Below, one piece after another: positions 26,865 to 36,678 of a stretch of DNA of 64,000 bases; the stretch's first letter is position 1; each line of letters opens with the position of its first letter. The stretch is from an uncultured Chitinophagaceae bacterium. GTDB lineage: Bacteria; Bacteroidota; Bacteroidia; Chitinophagales; Chitinophagaceae. Both the position numbers and the translations under genes were made by a program. The stretch spans positions 45,448 to 109,447 of the forward strand of contig CALCII010000013.1 of NCBI GenBank assembly GCA_937907395.1. The letters run 5' to 3'. Under the pieces are notes generated by a model, which worked only from the letters and a program-made list of their open reading frames with translations, did no database searches and was not told the DNA's origin.

Positions 26865-29800
26865 ATGCAAATTATTACTGCGGGGGAAAGACTAAAGTGC
26901 ATACTAACTATGAAACTTTTAATCCTGTTTACCGTAATCACCTGCCTTCAGGCTTCTGCAAGAAGCTATGGTCAAACAGTATCTTTATCTCTCCAAAACG
27001 CTCCGTTAGAAAAAGCCTTTAAAGAAATAAAAAGGCAAACCGGTTACTCATTTGTTTATACAAGGGCACAACTTAAAAACACCAGCCCTATTACATACCA
27101 GGTAACCAACGGCTCTTTAAAAGATGTTCTTGAACAGTGTTTCCGTAATCAACCGCTTTCTTTCGTAATAGAAGATAAGTATATCGTTGTGCAGAATAAA
27201 AGCAGTACAACTTTTGCTGTGCCACCCGAAACGAAACAAATTCCAATTGATATCAGAGGAAAAGTTGTTGGAGAAAATGGGGAGCCATTACCAGGTGTAA
27301 CTATTACTGCAAAAAAATCAAACAAAGTAACTTCTACAAACGAACAAGGTGAATTTCTCCTGAAAGGGATAGATGAAGAAGATATTCTTGCAATATCAAG
27401 TGTAGGGTATTATAAAGAAGAAGTTGAAGTAAATAGCCAAACTTTCATATTAATACGACTTAGGCTTTTCATAGGAAATCTTGATGAGACGATTGTTATT
27501 GGGTATGGCAAAACCACAAGGAGACTTAGTACAGGAAATGTGAGTAAAGTGTCATCGCAAGAAATCAACCGTCAACCTGTATCAAATCCACTTGCCACAT
27601 TACACGGAAGAGTTCCTGGCCTGATCGTAACACAATCAAGCGGCATCTCTGGTTCCTCCATTAAAATTCAGATAAGGGGTCAAAATTCATTAACACAAGG
27701 CTCTGAGCCATTGTTTATTATTGATGGAGTACCCTTTGCTGCAAACAACCAGTCAGTTAACAATCTCACTTCAATTCTAACCACTGGAATTGCCGCTGGC
27801 TTGAGTCCGTTTTCCAGCATTAATCCGCAGGATATAGAAAGTATAGAAATTTTAAAGGACGCTGATGCCACTGCGATCTACGGAAGTCGAGGTGCAAATG
27901 GGGTGGTTTTAATTACAACAAAAAAAGGGAAGGCAGGTAAAACTAAAGTAACTGCAAATTTTTATTCAGGTTGGAGCAAAGTCACACGGACAATGAACAT
28001 GCTTACTACCAAAAGCTATTTACAAATGCGGAGAGAAGCATTTGCAAACGATGGACTAACTCCATCATCCGATCCAGCTTCTGTCGGATATGCACCAGAT
28101 CTGTTGCTATGGGACACGTTAAGAAATACAGATTTCAAAAAACTGATGATAGGCGGAACTGCTTTTGCCTATAATGGCCAGGCAACAATCTCCGGCGGAA
28201 ATCAAAATATTCAATTCTTATTGAGTAATAATTTTAATCATGAAGGCACTGTATTTCCGGGAGACATGGCACTTAACAGAGTGTCATTTAATAACAATAT
28301 TAGTTATACAGGGGATAACAAAAAATTCTCCGTTCAATTTACCGGCAATTATTCTAATACAAAAAACAATCTTATCAACGCTTCGGTATCTTCATTTTTG
28401 TTATTGCCACCAAATGCGCCTCCCCTTTATACTGATGACGGAAAATTAAACTGGGAAGAAAACAGCATCGCTTTTGAGAATCCATTGGCATATTTACTTC
28501 GAAAATATTCCGCAGAAACTGAAAACTTGTTAAGCCGAATACAGATTGAATATAAAGTTCTTCCGGAACTTTCTTTAAAAGCAAGTTTTGGTTACAACTC
28601 GATGTTAGTTGCTGAAGAATCAATTAGTCCGATTGCCGCTCAAAATCCAATAAATAATCCAGTGGGGACTTTAAGTTTAGGAAATAATAATTTCAAAAGT
28701 TGGATTGTAGAACCTCAGGCTGAATATCGATGTAACATCGGTAAAGGAACACTCAGCATTCTCGCAGGAACATCATTTCAGAAAAACATAAGAAAGGGAT
28801 TGTTTATCGAAGCGTCTGGTTATGTAAATGACAACCTAATTAGGTCGCTTGTTGGTGGTACAATAACTGCGAAACGTAACAATCTTACAGAATATAAGTA
28901 TCAAGCTGTTTTTGGAAGAATCAATTACAATCTAAATAAAAAATATTTGTTCAATCTTACAGGAAGAAGGGATGGCTCAAGTCGTTTTGGCCCAGGAAAG
29001 CAGTTTGCGAATTTTGGCGCAGTAGGATTTGGCTGGCTGTTTCACAAGGAGCGATTCCTTGAAAAAAACCTCCATTTTCTCAGCTATGGAAAACTAAGAT
29101 CGAGCTATGGAATAACTGGGAATGATCAGATCGGAGATTACAATTATTTAGACTTTTGGAATATCAATAGTAACACCTATCAGGGTTCGCAAACATTAAA
29201 TCCATCTGGTCTTTTTAATGCAGATTATGGATGGGAATCCAATCGGAAATTTGAAATAGGACTTGAATTAGGATTTATTAAAGACCGCATATTGCTTACT
29301 GCATCGTTCTTTGACAATAAAAGCGATAACCAGCTTGTTAGTTACAGGTTACCTGGTCAAACGGGTTTCCCAAGCATTACGAAAAATTTTCCTGCACTTA
29401 TTCAGAATAAAGGATTTGAATTTGAATTTATTGCCTATCCATATAAAAGCGAGTATCTAATCTGGATGACTTCTATAAACATAAGCATTCCCAAAAACAA
29501 GTTGATTTCATTTCCGTTACTTTCTAGTTCAAGCTATGCTTCAACTTATGTAGAAGGCAAATCGCTGAACTTGATTTATCAGTTACATTCACTTGGTGTT
29601 GATCCAACAAGCGGAGTTTTCAATTTCGAAGACGTTAATAGGGACAATGTAATAAGCATACCGGGCGATTTCAGAGTTATGGGAAATATTGATCCGGTTT
29701 ATTATGGTGGATTTCGTAATAATATTTCTTATAAAAACATAGAGCTTGATTTTTTATTTGAGTTCAAAAAGCAAACCGGAAGAAATTTTTTGTATTCAAT

Positions 29801-30185
29801 CTATGGAAACAACTTCCTTCCAGGATTTATGAGTAATCAGCCAGTAGCGGTTTTAAACCGCTGGCAAAAAACAGGCGACTTAAGTGACGTACAAAAATTT
29901 ACTGCAGTAACTACAAGCCTTGCGTATGAAAACAGAAACAACTTCCGGGCTTCTAACGGGGTATATAGCGATGCGTCATTTGCGAGATTAAAAACTCTTT
30001 CTCTTTCCTGGCACTTACCAACATCGCTCTTTGGGAAATCAAAATCAATCGAATCACGTATTTATATTCATGGGCAAAATCTACTTACACTAACAAAGTA
30101 TAAAGGATCAGATCCTGAAGTGCAGAATTTATATGTTTTGCCGCCATTAAAAACAATTGCAGCTGGAGTTCAAATAACTTTTTAA
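26865..30185 (+). CDS. susC: SusC/RagA-family TonB-dependent receptor with an N-terminal STN signalling domain
   Basis: 1106 aa. STN (LSLQNAPLEKAFKEIKRQTGYSFVY), CarboxypepD_reg (IRGKVVGENGEPLPGVTITAK), plug (DAxAxxIYGSRGANGVVLITTKKG) and a C-terminal beta-barrel ending in F. The true start may be M16 at 26910. Confidence 0.9.
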   Translation: MQIITAGERLKCILTMKLLILFTVITCLQASARSYGQTVSLSLQNAPLEKAFKEIKRQTGYSFVYTRAQLKNTSPITYQVTNGSLKDVLEQCFRNQPLSFVIEDKYIVVQNKSSTTFAVPPETKQIPIDIRGKVVGENGEPLPGVTITAKKSNKVTSTNEQGEFLLKGIDEEDILAISSVGYYKEEVEVNSQTFILIRLRLFIGNLDETIVIGYGKTTRRLSTGNVSKVSSQEINRQPVSNPLATLHGRVPGLIVTQSSGISGSSIKIQIRGQNSLTQGSEPLFIIDGVPFAANNQSVNNLTSILTTGIAAGLSPFSSINPQDIESIEILKDADATAIYGSRGANGVVLITTKKGKAGKTKVTANFYSGWSKVTRTMNMLTTKSYLQMRREAFANDGLTPSSDPASVGYAPDLLLWDTLRNTDFKKLMIGGTAFAYNGQATISGGNQNIQFLLSNNFNHEGTVFPGDMALNRVSFNNNISYTGDNKKFSVQFTGNYSNTKNNLINASVSSFLLLPPNAPPLYTDDGKLNWEENSIAFENPLAYLLRKYSAETENLLSRIQIEYKVLPELSLKASFGYNSMLVAEESISPIAAQNPINNPVGTLSLGNNNFKSWIVEPQAEYRCNIGKGTLSILAGTSFQKNIRKGLFIEASGYVNDNLIRSLVGGTITAKRNNLTEYKYQAVFGRINYNLNKKYLFNLTGRRDGSSRFGPGKQFANFGAVGFGWLFHKERFLEKNLHFLSYGKLRSSYGITGNDQIGDYNYLDFWNINSNTYQGSQTLNPSGLFNADYGWESNRKFEIGLELGFIKDRILLTASFFDNKSDNQLVSYRLPGQTGFPSITKNFPALIQNKGFEFEFIAYPYKSEYLIWMTSINISIPKNKLISFPLLSSSSYASTYVEGKSLNLIYQLHSLGVDPTSGVFNFEDVNRDNVISIPGDFRVMGNIDPVYYGGFRNNISYKNIELDFLFEFKKQTGRNFLYSIYGNNFLPGFMSNQPVAVLNRWQKTGDLSDVQKFTAVTTSLAYENRNNFRASNGVYSDASFARLKTLSLSWHLPTSLFGKSKSIESRIYIHGQNLLTLTKYKGSDPEVQNLYVLPPLKTIAAGVQITF

Positions 30186-30194
30186 AAGATTCTT

Positions 30195-31580
30195 ATGAAA
30201 AAAATAAAGATATTCCGAATTATAGCGATAACAGTAATATTGTTTCAAAGTAGTTCCTGTAAAAAAATGCTTGAAGTTGATGAACCAATTGACAGAACAT
30301 CTTCTGAGTTGATTTTTTCAAATGATAAGACCGCAACAGCAGCGGTATTAGGAATATATACACAGATGATGATTACATTTCCAGTGATTTCATCGGGAGG
30401 AGTGACAATATTTACAGCTCTTACATCAGACGAACTTTATAACACAAGTATCGCCGATCCTAATATCACTGAATTTACCAATAATGCTATATCACCTGCT
30501 AATGGCATTTCTGCTGCTGATTTCTGGTTAAAAGGATATAACATTATATACCAAGCAAATGCCTGTATAGAGGGTCTTTCAAACAATACATTCTTGACAG
30601 CTTCCGTAAAAAATCAATTACTAGGAGAGTCAAAGTTCATTAGGGCATTCATTTATTTCTACTTGATTAATATATATGGGGATGTCCCTTTAGTTACAAG
30701 AACAGACTATAGAGAGAATATGAGCATGCCAAGAACAAACAAAGATTTAGTCTATGAACAAATCATTAATGACTTAAAGGATGCAAAGACTTTGCTCTTA
30801 GCTTCATACCCCACACAAGGTGCTGTACGACCAAATAGGTGGACTGCGTCGGCATTATTAAGCAGAGTTTTTTTATACCAGCAAAAATGGCAATTAGCAG
30901 AAGCTGAAGCGACGGCCATTATCAATTCAGGAAGTTACACACTTCATAATAACTTGAACAGTGTATTCTTATCCGGTAGTAGTGAAGCTATATGGCAAAT
31001 TATTCCCGCAACTCCAGGATTTAACACTACTGAAGCCAGGTATTTGATTCCTACTGCATCAGCTTCTACCAGACCGAATTATCCAATTACAAGTTATTTG
31101 TTGAATAGTTTTGAAGCAGGAGATCAAAGAAAAGTTAGCTGGACTAAATCGAAAACTGTTTCAGGACAAACCTACTTTTACCCGTATAAATATAAGGTGA
31201 GAAATTTGAACGAACCTGTAACAGAATACTACATGGTGTTCAGATTAACTGAACAATTCCTAATCAGAGCTGAATGTTATGCTCACCTAAATGATTTAAG
31301 TCGCTCAAAAGCTGATATAGATCTAATTCGAAGCAGAGCATCGCTTCCCAGCACATCTGCATCGACACAAACGGATTTATTACTTGCAATAGAACGAGAA
31401 AGGCGGATCGAGTTTTTTGCCGAATGGGGACATCGGTGGTTTGATCTTAATAGAACAGGAAGGTCTGATCAGATTCTCCCCCCAATTAAAAGTGGATGGC
31501 AAGCGACTGATAAGCTTTATCCAATTCCTCTCACAGAGATAAGGTTAAACCCGTCACTGACACAAAATCCGGGATACTAA
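30195..31580 (+). CDS. susD: SusD/RagB-family outer-membrane lipoprotein
   Basis: 461 aa with the lipobox FQSSSC. The C-terminal motifs ERRIEFFAEWGHRWFDLNR and YPIP are typical of SusD. Confidence 0.85.
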   Translation: MKKIKIFRIIAITVILFQSSSCKKMLEVDEPIDRTSSELIFSNDKTATAAVLGIYTQMMITFPVISSGGVTIFTALTSDELYNTSIADPNITEFTNNAISPANGISAADFWLKGYNIIYQANACIEGLSNNTFLTASVKNQLLGESKFIRAFIYFYLINIYGDVPLVTRTDYRENMSMPRTNKDLVYEQIINDLKDAKTLLLASYPTQGAVRPNRWTASALLSRVFLYQQKWQLAEAEATAIINSGSYTLHNNLNSVFLSGSSEAIWQIIPATPGFNTTEARYLIPTASASTRPNYPITSYLLNSFEAGDQRKVSWTKSKTVSGQTYFYPYKYKVRNLNEPVTEYYMVFRLTEQFLIRAECYAHLNDLSRSKADIDLIRSRASLPSTSASTQTDLLLAIERERRIEFFAEWGHRWFDLNRTGRSDQILPPIKSGWQATDKLYPIPLTEIRLNPSLTQNPGY

Positions 31581-31613
31581 CAAAGTTTTATTCAACGTAA
31601 AAAAATAATTGGT

Positions 31614-32876
31614 ATGAAATTATTCAGGCCATACAGGCTGTTACTTGTCCTTACAACACTATTTACTAATGAAAATATAGCTCAAGGTATACAGATTGGC
31701 GATAATTGCCCAGATATAGAAATCAAGCAAATCATTAACTATCCATCAGGCACTGCAAGGCTTTCAGATTTTAAAGGTAAAGCTATCTTAGTTGATTTCT
31801 GGTTCTCTGCCTGTTCCGCATGTATTGAAGTAATGCCCAAACTTGATTCTCTCCAAAGGGAATTCGGCAAAGATCTTCAGATATTATTAGTCAACTATGA
31901 ATCTGAGGAAAAGGTTCGAAATACCTTTAAAAAAATACAGCGACTAAACGGAGTCAATCTTCCGTCTGTTGTATCTGACACATTGTTAAGTCTATTATTT
32001 CCACATCGGTCATCGCCTCATGAGATTTGGATTGATAAAAACGGTAAGGTTAAAGCTATCACTGACCATATTTCCGTGACTCGAAAAAATATTAAGGACT
32101 TAATTGCTGGAAAAGAAATAAGTCTTCCAATAAAAAAAGACGATATGGAATATAGTAGCGACGCACTCCTAGCAACCAGCTCTAAGGATGAATTTTTATT
32201 AAGATACTCATGCATTACAACTTATCAGTCAGGACTATCAGGATCAATTGGCATGAACTTAAGACCAGATAATTCTATTTTGCAGGCAAGGGCGAAGAAT
32301 GCATCCTTGCAAGCACTTTATATCTTGGCATATGGCCAATGGGCTAAAGACTTTCACAACAACCGTGTTATTCTCGATATAAAAGACTCAATCATGTTCA
32401 AGCCCAACACAAATAATTCTCACCTCTTTTGTTATGATAGTTGGTGGAAAGATACCTCCCGATCTAAGGCCCTGAAAGAAATGCAGCACCAGTTAGACAT
32501 TTTTTTCAATATTAAGAGTAATATGAAAAAAAGAGAAATGCCGTGTTTAATACTCAAAAGAATCATTAGCACTCGCAGCCCAATATCGGAGGACAAAAAG
32601 AAAAGAGCCGATAGTTACATAGAGAATAACGAACTAATTGTAGTAAATGTTCGTCTAAAACAATTGATAGAAAACCACTTGAATTATGGCCTTTATGCAT
32701 GGGCACCATTTCAGTTTATTGACGAAACCGGAATAACTGAACGAGTATCGGTTGTTCTGCCCGCAAAATTTGAAAGTATCGATCAGACAAACCGGTACTT
32801 AAAAAAATATGGATTAGAACTATTTTTAGAGCAGCGACTTATAGAAGTTATAGTATTAAGTGATAATGAGCATTAA
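31614..32876 (+). CDS. TlpA/AhpC-like thioredoxin-fold protein with a roughly 240-aa C-terminal extension
   Basis: 420 aa. GKAILVDFWFSACSACIEVMPKL carries the CxxC. The C-terminal half is unrecognised. Confidence 0.7.
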   Translation: MKLFRPYRLLLVLTTLFTNENIAQGIQIGDNCPDIEIKQIINYPSGTARLSDFKGKAILVDFWFSACSACIEVMPKLDSLQREFGKDLQILLVNYESEEKVRNTFKKIQRLNGVNLPSVVSDTLLSLLFPHRSSPHEIWIDKNGKVKAITDHISVTRKNIKDLIAGKEISLPIKKDDMEYSSDALLATSSKDEFLLRYSCITTYQSGLSGSIGMNLRPDNSILQARAKNASLQALYILAYGQWAKDFHNNRVILDIKDSIMFKPNTNNSHLFCYDSWWKDTSRSKALKEMQHQLDIFFNIKSNMKKREMPCLILKRIISTRSPISEDKKKRADSYIENNELIVVNVRLKQLIENHLNYGLYAWAPFQFIDETGITERVSVVLPAKFESIDQTNRYLKKYGLELFLEQRLIEVIVLSDNEH

Positions 32877-32890
32877 TGAATGTAATAAAT

Positions 32891-32929
32891 CATAGGAGCA
32901 ACAGACATTGGTTTACTGTTGCTCCTATG
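32891..32929. terminator. 14-bp perfect hairpin between convergent genes
   Basis: CATAGGAGCAACAG at 32891-32904, an 11-nt loop, and CTGTTGCTCCTATG at 32916-32929. Confidence 0.55.
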
Positions 32930-32951
32930 CAAAGCCCTCTAAAAATTGAAG

Positions 32952-33221
32952 CTATTGACCTCCAGTTTTAAGCATGTCCGAGAGTCTGGTTCCTGCAGGT
33001 TCTTCTTCGGGAGTAATGCTTGTCCAGACCTGGGCGCAAAAAATCTGATTGCCCGGGCAAAGTTGAGCATCTAAAGTAGCATACTCCCCACTTCCAAGAA
33101 AGTTTCCATTGGCGTCAAACGCATAAACAGTGGAGAATGTTGATTTTGACTGTGGTGTCGCAAAAGCGAAGCTAACCGTGGCCACAATCAATGCCAAGAA
33201 TAGAAAACGAAATCTTTTCAT
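32952..33221 (-). CDS. small secreted protein with one Cys pair (possibly DUF6520-like)
   Basis: 89 aa with a signal peptide (FLFLALIVATVSFAFA). The mature part contains LCPGNQIFCAQ. Confidence 0.5.
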   Translation of the reverse strand: MKRFRFLFLALIVATVSFAFATPQSKSTFSTVYAFDANGNFLGSGEYATLDAQLCPGNQIFCAQVWTSITPEEEPAGTRLSDMLKTGGQ

Positions 33222-33258
33222 AAAATTGTTTTTAATGATTACTAAAATGCCTACTTTT

Positions 33259-33723
33259 TTATGCAGGTGTTCGGCGATGCCTGTTTATTGCAATAAGAAC
33301 GTTATTTGATTTTTTAGACAATATCCATGCAATAGCAGAAAATATCAGTAATACTATATTCAGAATTAAGTGTTGCTGCCAGGACAATAATTTGATTACA
33401 CCCCCGCAATTGCATGGAAGATTTGATGTTGTTGATATCATGTAGGCGATATAAATAGTAAATAATAAAATCAACAGCAAAGATGATAAGAGCCCGATTT
33501 TTCTTGTTGCTGAGAAGCACAGTAAAAAGACAATTACTATTTCAACAAGTGGCACTGCGTATGAGATCGGTAAAGCGAACTTTCCAAGAATAGGAGATTG
33601 ACGAAGTGAAACTCTAAATGTCTCGACATCTACTATTTTATTAATGGCTGTATATATAAAAAGAATTATTAGCAATGAGGAAACAATTTCAATTACCCAT
33701 TTAATAAGTGCTACGTGTTTCAT
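33259..33723 (-). CDS. MauE/DoxX-family membrane redox-associated protein
   Basis: 154 aa with 4 TM segments and LPCNCGGVIKLLSWQQH, a motif typical of MauE-like proteins. Confidence 0.65.
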   Translation of the reverse strand: MKHVALIKWVIEIVSSLLIILFIYTAINKIVDVETFRVSLRQSPILGKFALPISYAVPLVEIVIVFLLCFSATRKIGLLSSLLLILLFTIYIAYMISTTSNLPCNCGGVIKLLSWQQHLILNIVLLIFSAIAWILSKKSNNVLIAINRHRRTPA

Positions 33724-33821
33724 GTATAGGAGTTATGTGCAGCACAAAGTTCCTCTGTTATTCAATTCATTTTTTACAAATAGATTTGCCTGAAACAATA
33801 GAAGTTTTGCGAACGGGATTA

Positions 33822-34784
33822 TTATCTGCGTAGAGAGCCTGGAGTCATTCCAAATCGCCTGCGAAAGGCAGTAATGAAGTTTGTTGTGCGTGGGTAACCT
33901 ACCATAGCACAGATATCTTTTATGGGTCGGTTTGTTGTTAAGATAAGATACCTGGCATGTTGCATTTTCCGATCAATTAACCAGTCAAAAATGCTTGTAT
34001 TAAAGTATTGCTTAAAGCCGGTCTTTAATTTGTATTCATTCAAAGCCACTTTTCTTGATAAAAAGCGGATAGAAGGTGGTTTCTTAGATATGTATGATTC
34101 AAGAATATCTCTTACTTCGTGAATACGGGCTATTTCAAATGGCGTAAAGTATTGCTGTGAGGGATTTTTTTTAAATGTTGTTTCGAGTAATTGATACAAA
34201 AGTTCCCTCACTTTCAAATCAAAATAAAATTGCCTGGTAGCTTTATCATAAGGGCAATTAAGAACTTGGTTGATAATTTCTTTCATACATGGCAGGCTCC
34301 AGCACGGTTTCCCAGGTAATATTATTCCCGATGATGAAAGCAACACATTCTTCAGTTCAGGAAAGAAAGGCAGCAGTTCTTCTAACAATTTTGGCGAATA
34401 AAAAACATCGAGTGCCCTGAATTCATTAGTCTTTTCAAATACTGCACTGCAGTCTGAAGATTCTGTATAGAAACAGGCATATTGATCTTGCCTTATGTGC
34501 AGGTTCCCCATAGTATTGATCCGTTTGCGGGTTCCATTCTTAAGCATAAAGTAACTGTACAGCCCGTTGGAATGTATCCAACCTTTTGCATTAACTTTTT
34601 TCAAAAACTTTCCAATAAGAAAACGAATCGTATAATACTCCCCGTGCAATTCCTGGATAACCAGCTCCGCAAGATTTGATTTGGCTTGAAATGAAGTAGC
34701 TCCACGAAGAATTGGTCCGGAGTAATCAGAAGGTAATCCAGATTCAAATTTCAGGGGATTCCCATTGGATAAAGTTAATTCCAT
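33822..34784 (-). CDS. AraC-family transcriptional regulator
   Basis: The C-terminal HTH pair is LSRKVALNEYKLKTGFKQYF...IKDICAMVGYPRTTNFITAFRRRFGMTPGSLR. ATG at 34784; the track start at 34790 is TTG. Confidence 0.8.
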   Translation of the reverse strand: MELTLSNGNPLKFESGLPSDYSGPILRGATSFQAKSNLAELVIQELHGEYYTIRFLIGKFLKKVNAKGWIHSNGLYSYFMLKNGTRKRINTMGNLHIRQDQYACFYTESSDCSAVFEKTNEFRALDVFYSPKLLEELLPFFPELKNVLLSSSGIILPGKPCWSLPCMKEIINQVLNCPYDKATRQFYFDLKVRELLYQLLETTFKKNPSQQYFTPFEIARIHEVRDILESYISKKPPSIRFLSRKVALNEYKLKTGFKQYFNTSIFDWLIDRKMQHARYLILTTNRPIKDICAMVGYPRTTNFITAFRRRFGMTPGSLRR

Positions 34785-35065
34785 ACTCAAGTATTTTCAT
34801 TTAGCAACAAACAACTAATCAAAACCCTATAACAGTCAGGTGTGTTATGTTCACGGATTTACAATATGGAACAACCGATTCAAAATTAATATTTCTGATT
34901 GAAAGCTTATAGGGTAATGGAAATTGTTTATTTATTTTAATAGCTCTGCCTAAGAAGACTGCGCTTTGGATTTCTTTAGTTTTTTGCTGTTTAAAGGGGT
35001 TGAAATTCAACTAATTAACGGGAGCCATAGACTTAGTATCTTCGCCTCCTTAATAAATAGTATCA

Positions 35066-35635
35066 ATGATCCTGTATATCAAAAACATGGTCTGCAATCG
35101 TTGTATCCTGGTTGTAAGACAAGAACTGGAAAAACTACATCTTCAAATCAATAATATCAGTTTGGGAGAAGCAGAACTTGCAAAAGTTCCAACGAAAAAA
35201 CAAATCGAACAGCTTAACGAAGCCTTGGAAAAGTTGGGTTTCGAATTATTAGATAACCAGAAACAGAAACAAATTGAACAAATAAAAAACCTGCTGATCA
35301 AGAAAGTGCAGTCTGGTGAGGTAGAAGAACATTTTAGCATTAGCGGTTTTCTAAGCAAATCACTGAATAAAGATTATAGTTATATCTCCCGTTTGTTTTC
35401 TGAAGTTGAAGGCATTACGATTGAACAGTTTTTTATTTTGCAAAAGATAGAAAAGGTAAAAGAATGGATTGTATATGGAGAATTAAACCTTAGTGAAATT
35501 TCTTACAGGTTAGGTTATAGCAGCGTTTCTCATTTATCTGCACAGTTTAAGAAAGTGACCGGCCTTACGCCACGTCATTTTAAAAAAATTGGTAGTACCC
35601 ATCGCCAATCATTGGATAAGGTTCATTACAAATAG
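35066..35635 (+). CDS. AraC-family regulator with an N-terminal HMA-like (CxxC) domain
   Basis: 189 aa. The N-terminus is MILYIKNMVCNRCILVVRQELEKL...GEAEL...LNEALEKLGFELL (ferredoxin-like HMA pattern, CNRC). The C-terminus is an AraC HTH (ISYRLGYSSVSHLSAQFKKVTGLTPRHF). Confidence 0.75.
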   Translation: MILYIKNMVCNRCILVVRQELEKLHLQINNISLGEAELAKVPTKKQIEQLNEALEKLGFELLDNQKQKQIEQIKNLLIKKVQSGEVEEHFSISGFLSKSLNKDYSYISRLFSEVEGITIEQFFILQKIEKVKEWIVYGELNLSEISYRLGYSSVSHLSAQFKKVTGLTPRHFKKIGSTHRQSLDKVHYK

Positions 35636-35711
35636 GTATAACTCTTTCCCATAATTCTATAACATTGTTACGGCCCTGCTGCGGGAACTTTGTGTCATTA
35701 ATATTATTACT

Positions 35712-36452
35712 ATGACACATACTTATAACGTTAGCGGAATGACCTGCGGTGGTTGCCAGGCTAAAGTGCAGGGACTTTTATCAAAAGTCTCAGGAGTTAA
35801 AAATGTTAGTATTGATTTATCAAAAGGAGAAGCGGTTATTGATATGGATAAGCATATAGCAACTGAGGATTTGAAAGCTGCCCTAAATGATTATCCTAAA
35901 TACCAATTATCAGAAACGCATCCTCAAATTCATACTGTTGTTTCGGCGATAGAAAAAGAAGAGGGAAAGTCATGGATAGCGACTTATAAACCAATCTTGT
36001 TGATATTCGGTTATATTACGGGTGTTACTTTTCTTACAGAGTATATAAATGGAAATTTTATCTGGATGCGTTGGATGAATCATTTTATGGCCGGGTTTTT
36101 CTTGGTGTTTTCATTTTTTAAGCTGCTTAACCTGAAAGGTTTTGCTGAGAGCTACAGCATGTATGATATTGTTGCAAAAAAATGGAATGGCTGGGGTTAC
36201 GTGTATGCTTTCACTGAACTGGCTTTGGGTATAGCCTTTCTTGTCGGCTTCAATCCCATCCTCACCAATTCTGTTACCTTTGTGGTGATGACGGTAAGCA
36301 TTATTGGAGTTTTACAAAGTGTTTCAAATAAACGTAAAATAAAATGTGCCTGCCTTGGTGATGTATTTAATTTGCCTATGAGCACCGTCACTATTATTGA
36401 AGATGCACTTATGATTGGTATGAGTGCAATTATGTTAACAACAATGCTGTAA
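35712..36452 (+). CDS. HMA domain fused to a MauE/DoxX-like membrane domain
   Basis: 246 aa. The N-terminal part is YNVSGMTCGGCQAKVQGLL, followed by 4 TM segments with KCACLGDVF. Confidence 0.75.
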   Translation: MTHTYNVSGMTCGGCQAKVQGLLSKVSGVKNVSIDLSKGEAVIDMDKHIATEDLKAALNDYPKYQLSETHPQIHTVVSAIEKEEGKSWIATYKPILLIFGYITGVTFLTEYINGNFIWMRWMNHFMAGFFLVFSFFKLLNLKGFAESYSMYDIVAKKWNGWGYVYAFTELALGIAFLVGFNPILTNSVTFVVMTVSIIGVLQSVSNKRKIKCACLGDVFNLPMSTVTIIEDALMIGMSAIMLTTML

Positions 36453-36678
36453 TGACCATAGCAAAATCAATAGGACAATTTTTCTGGAAAGTATTCAAAG
36501 CGATCTTTGTAAGAAAGAAGGATTGCTGTAAATAATTGTCTTATAGTCGATATACTTACAAAACTCATGTGCCGGGCTGATATTTGTCATATACTTAATA
36601 GAGTTAAATTTATCCCTTTGTATCGGGGTAATAGAAATGGGGGAAAAATCTAAATAGATTATTATAACTTTGATATAG

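Noticed and set aside
34840-34920. 8-bp inverted repeat CCCTATAA...TTATAGGG in the spacer between the two AraC-family genes
   Set aside because: The arms are about 70 nt apart and short. In AT-rich DNA this is compatible with chance.
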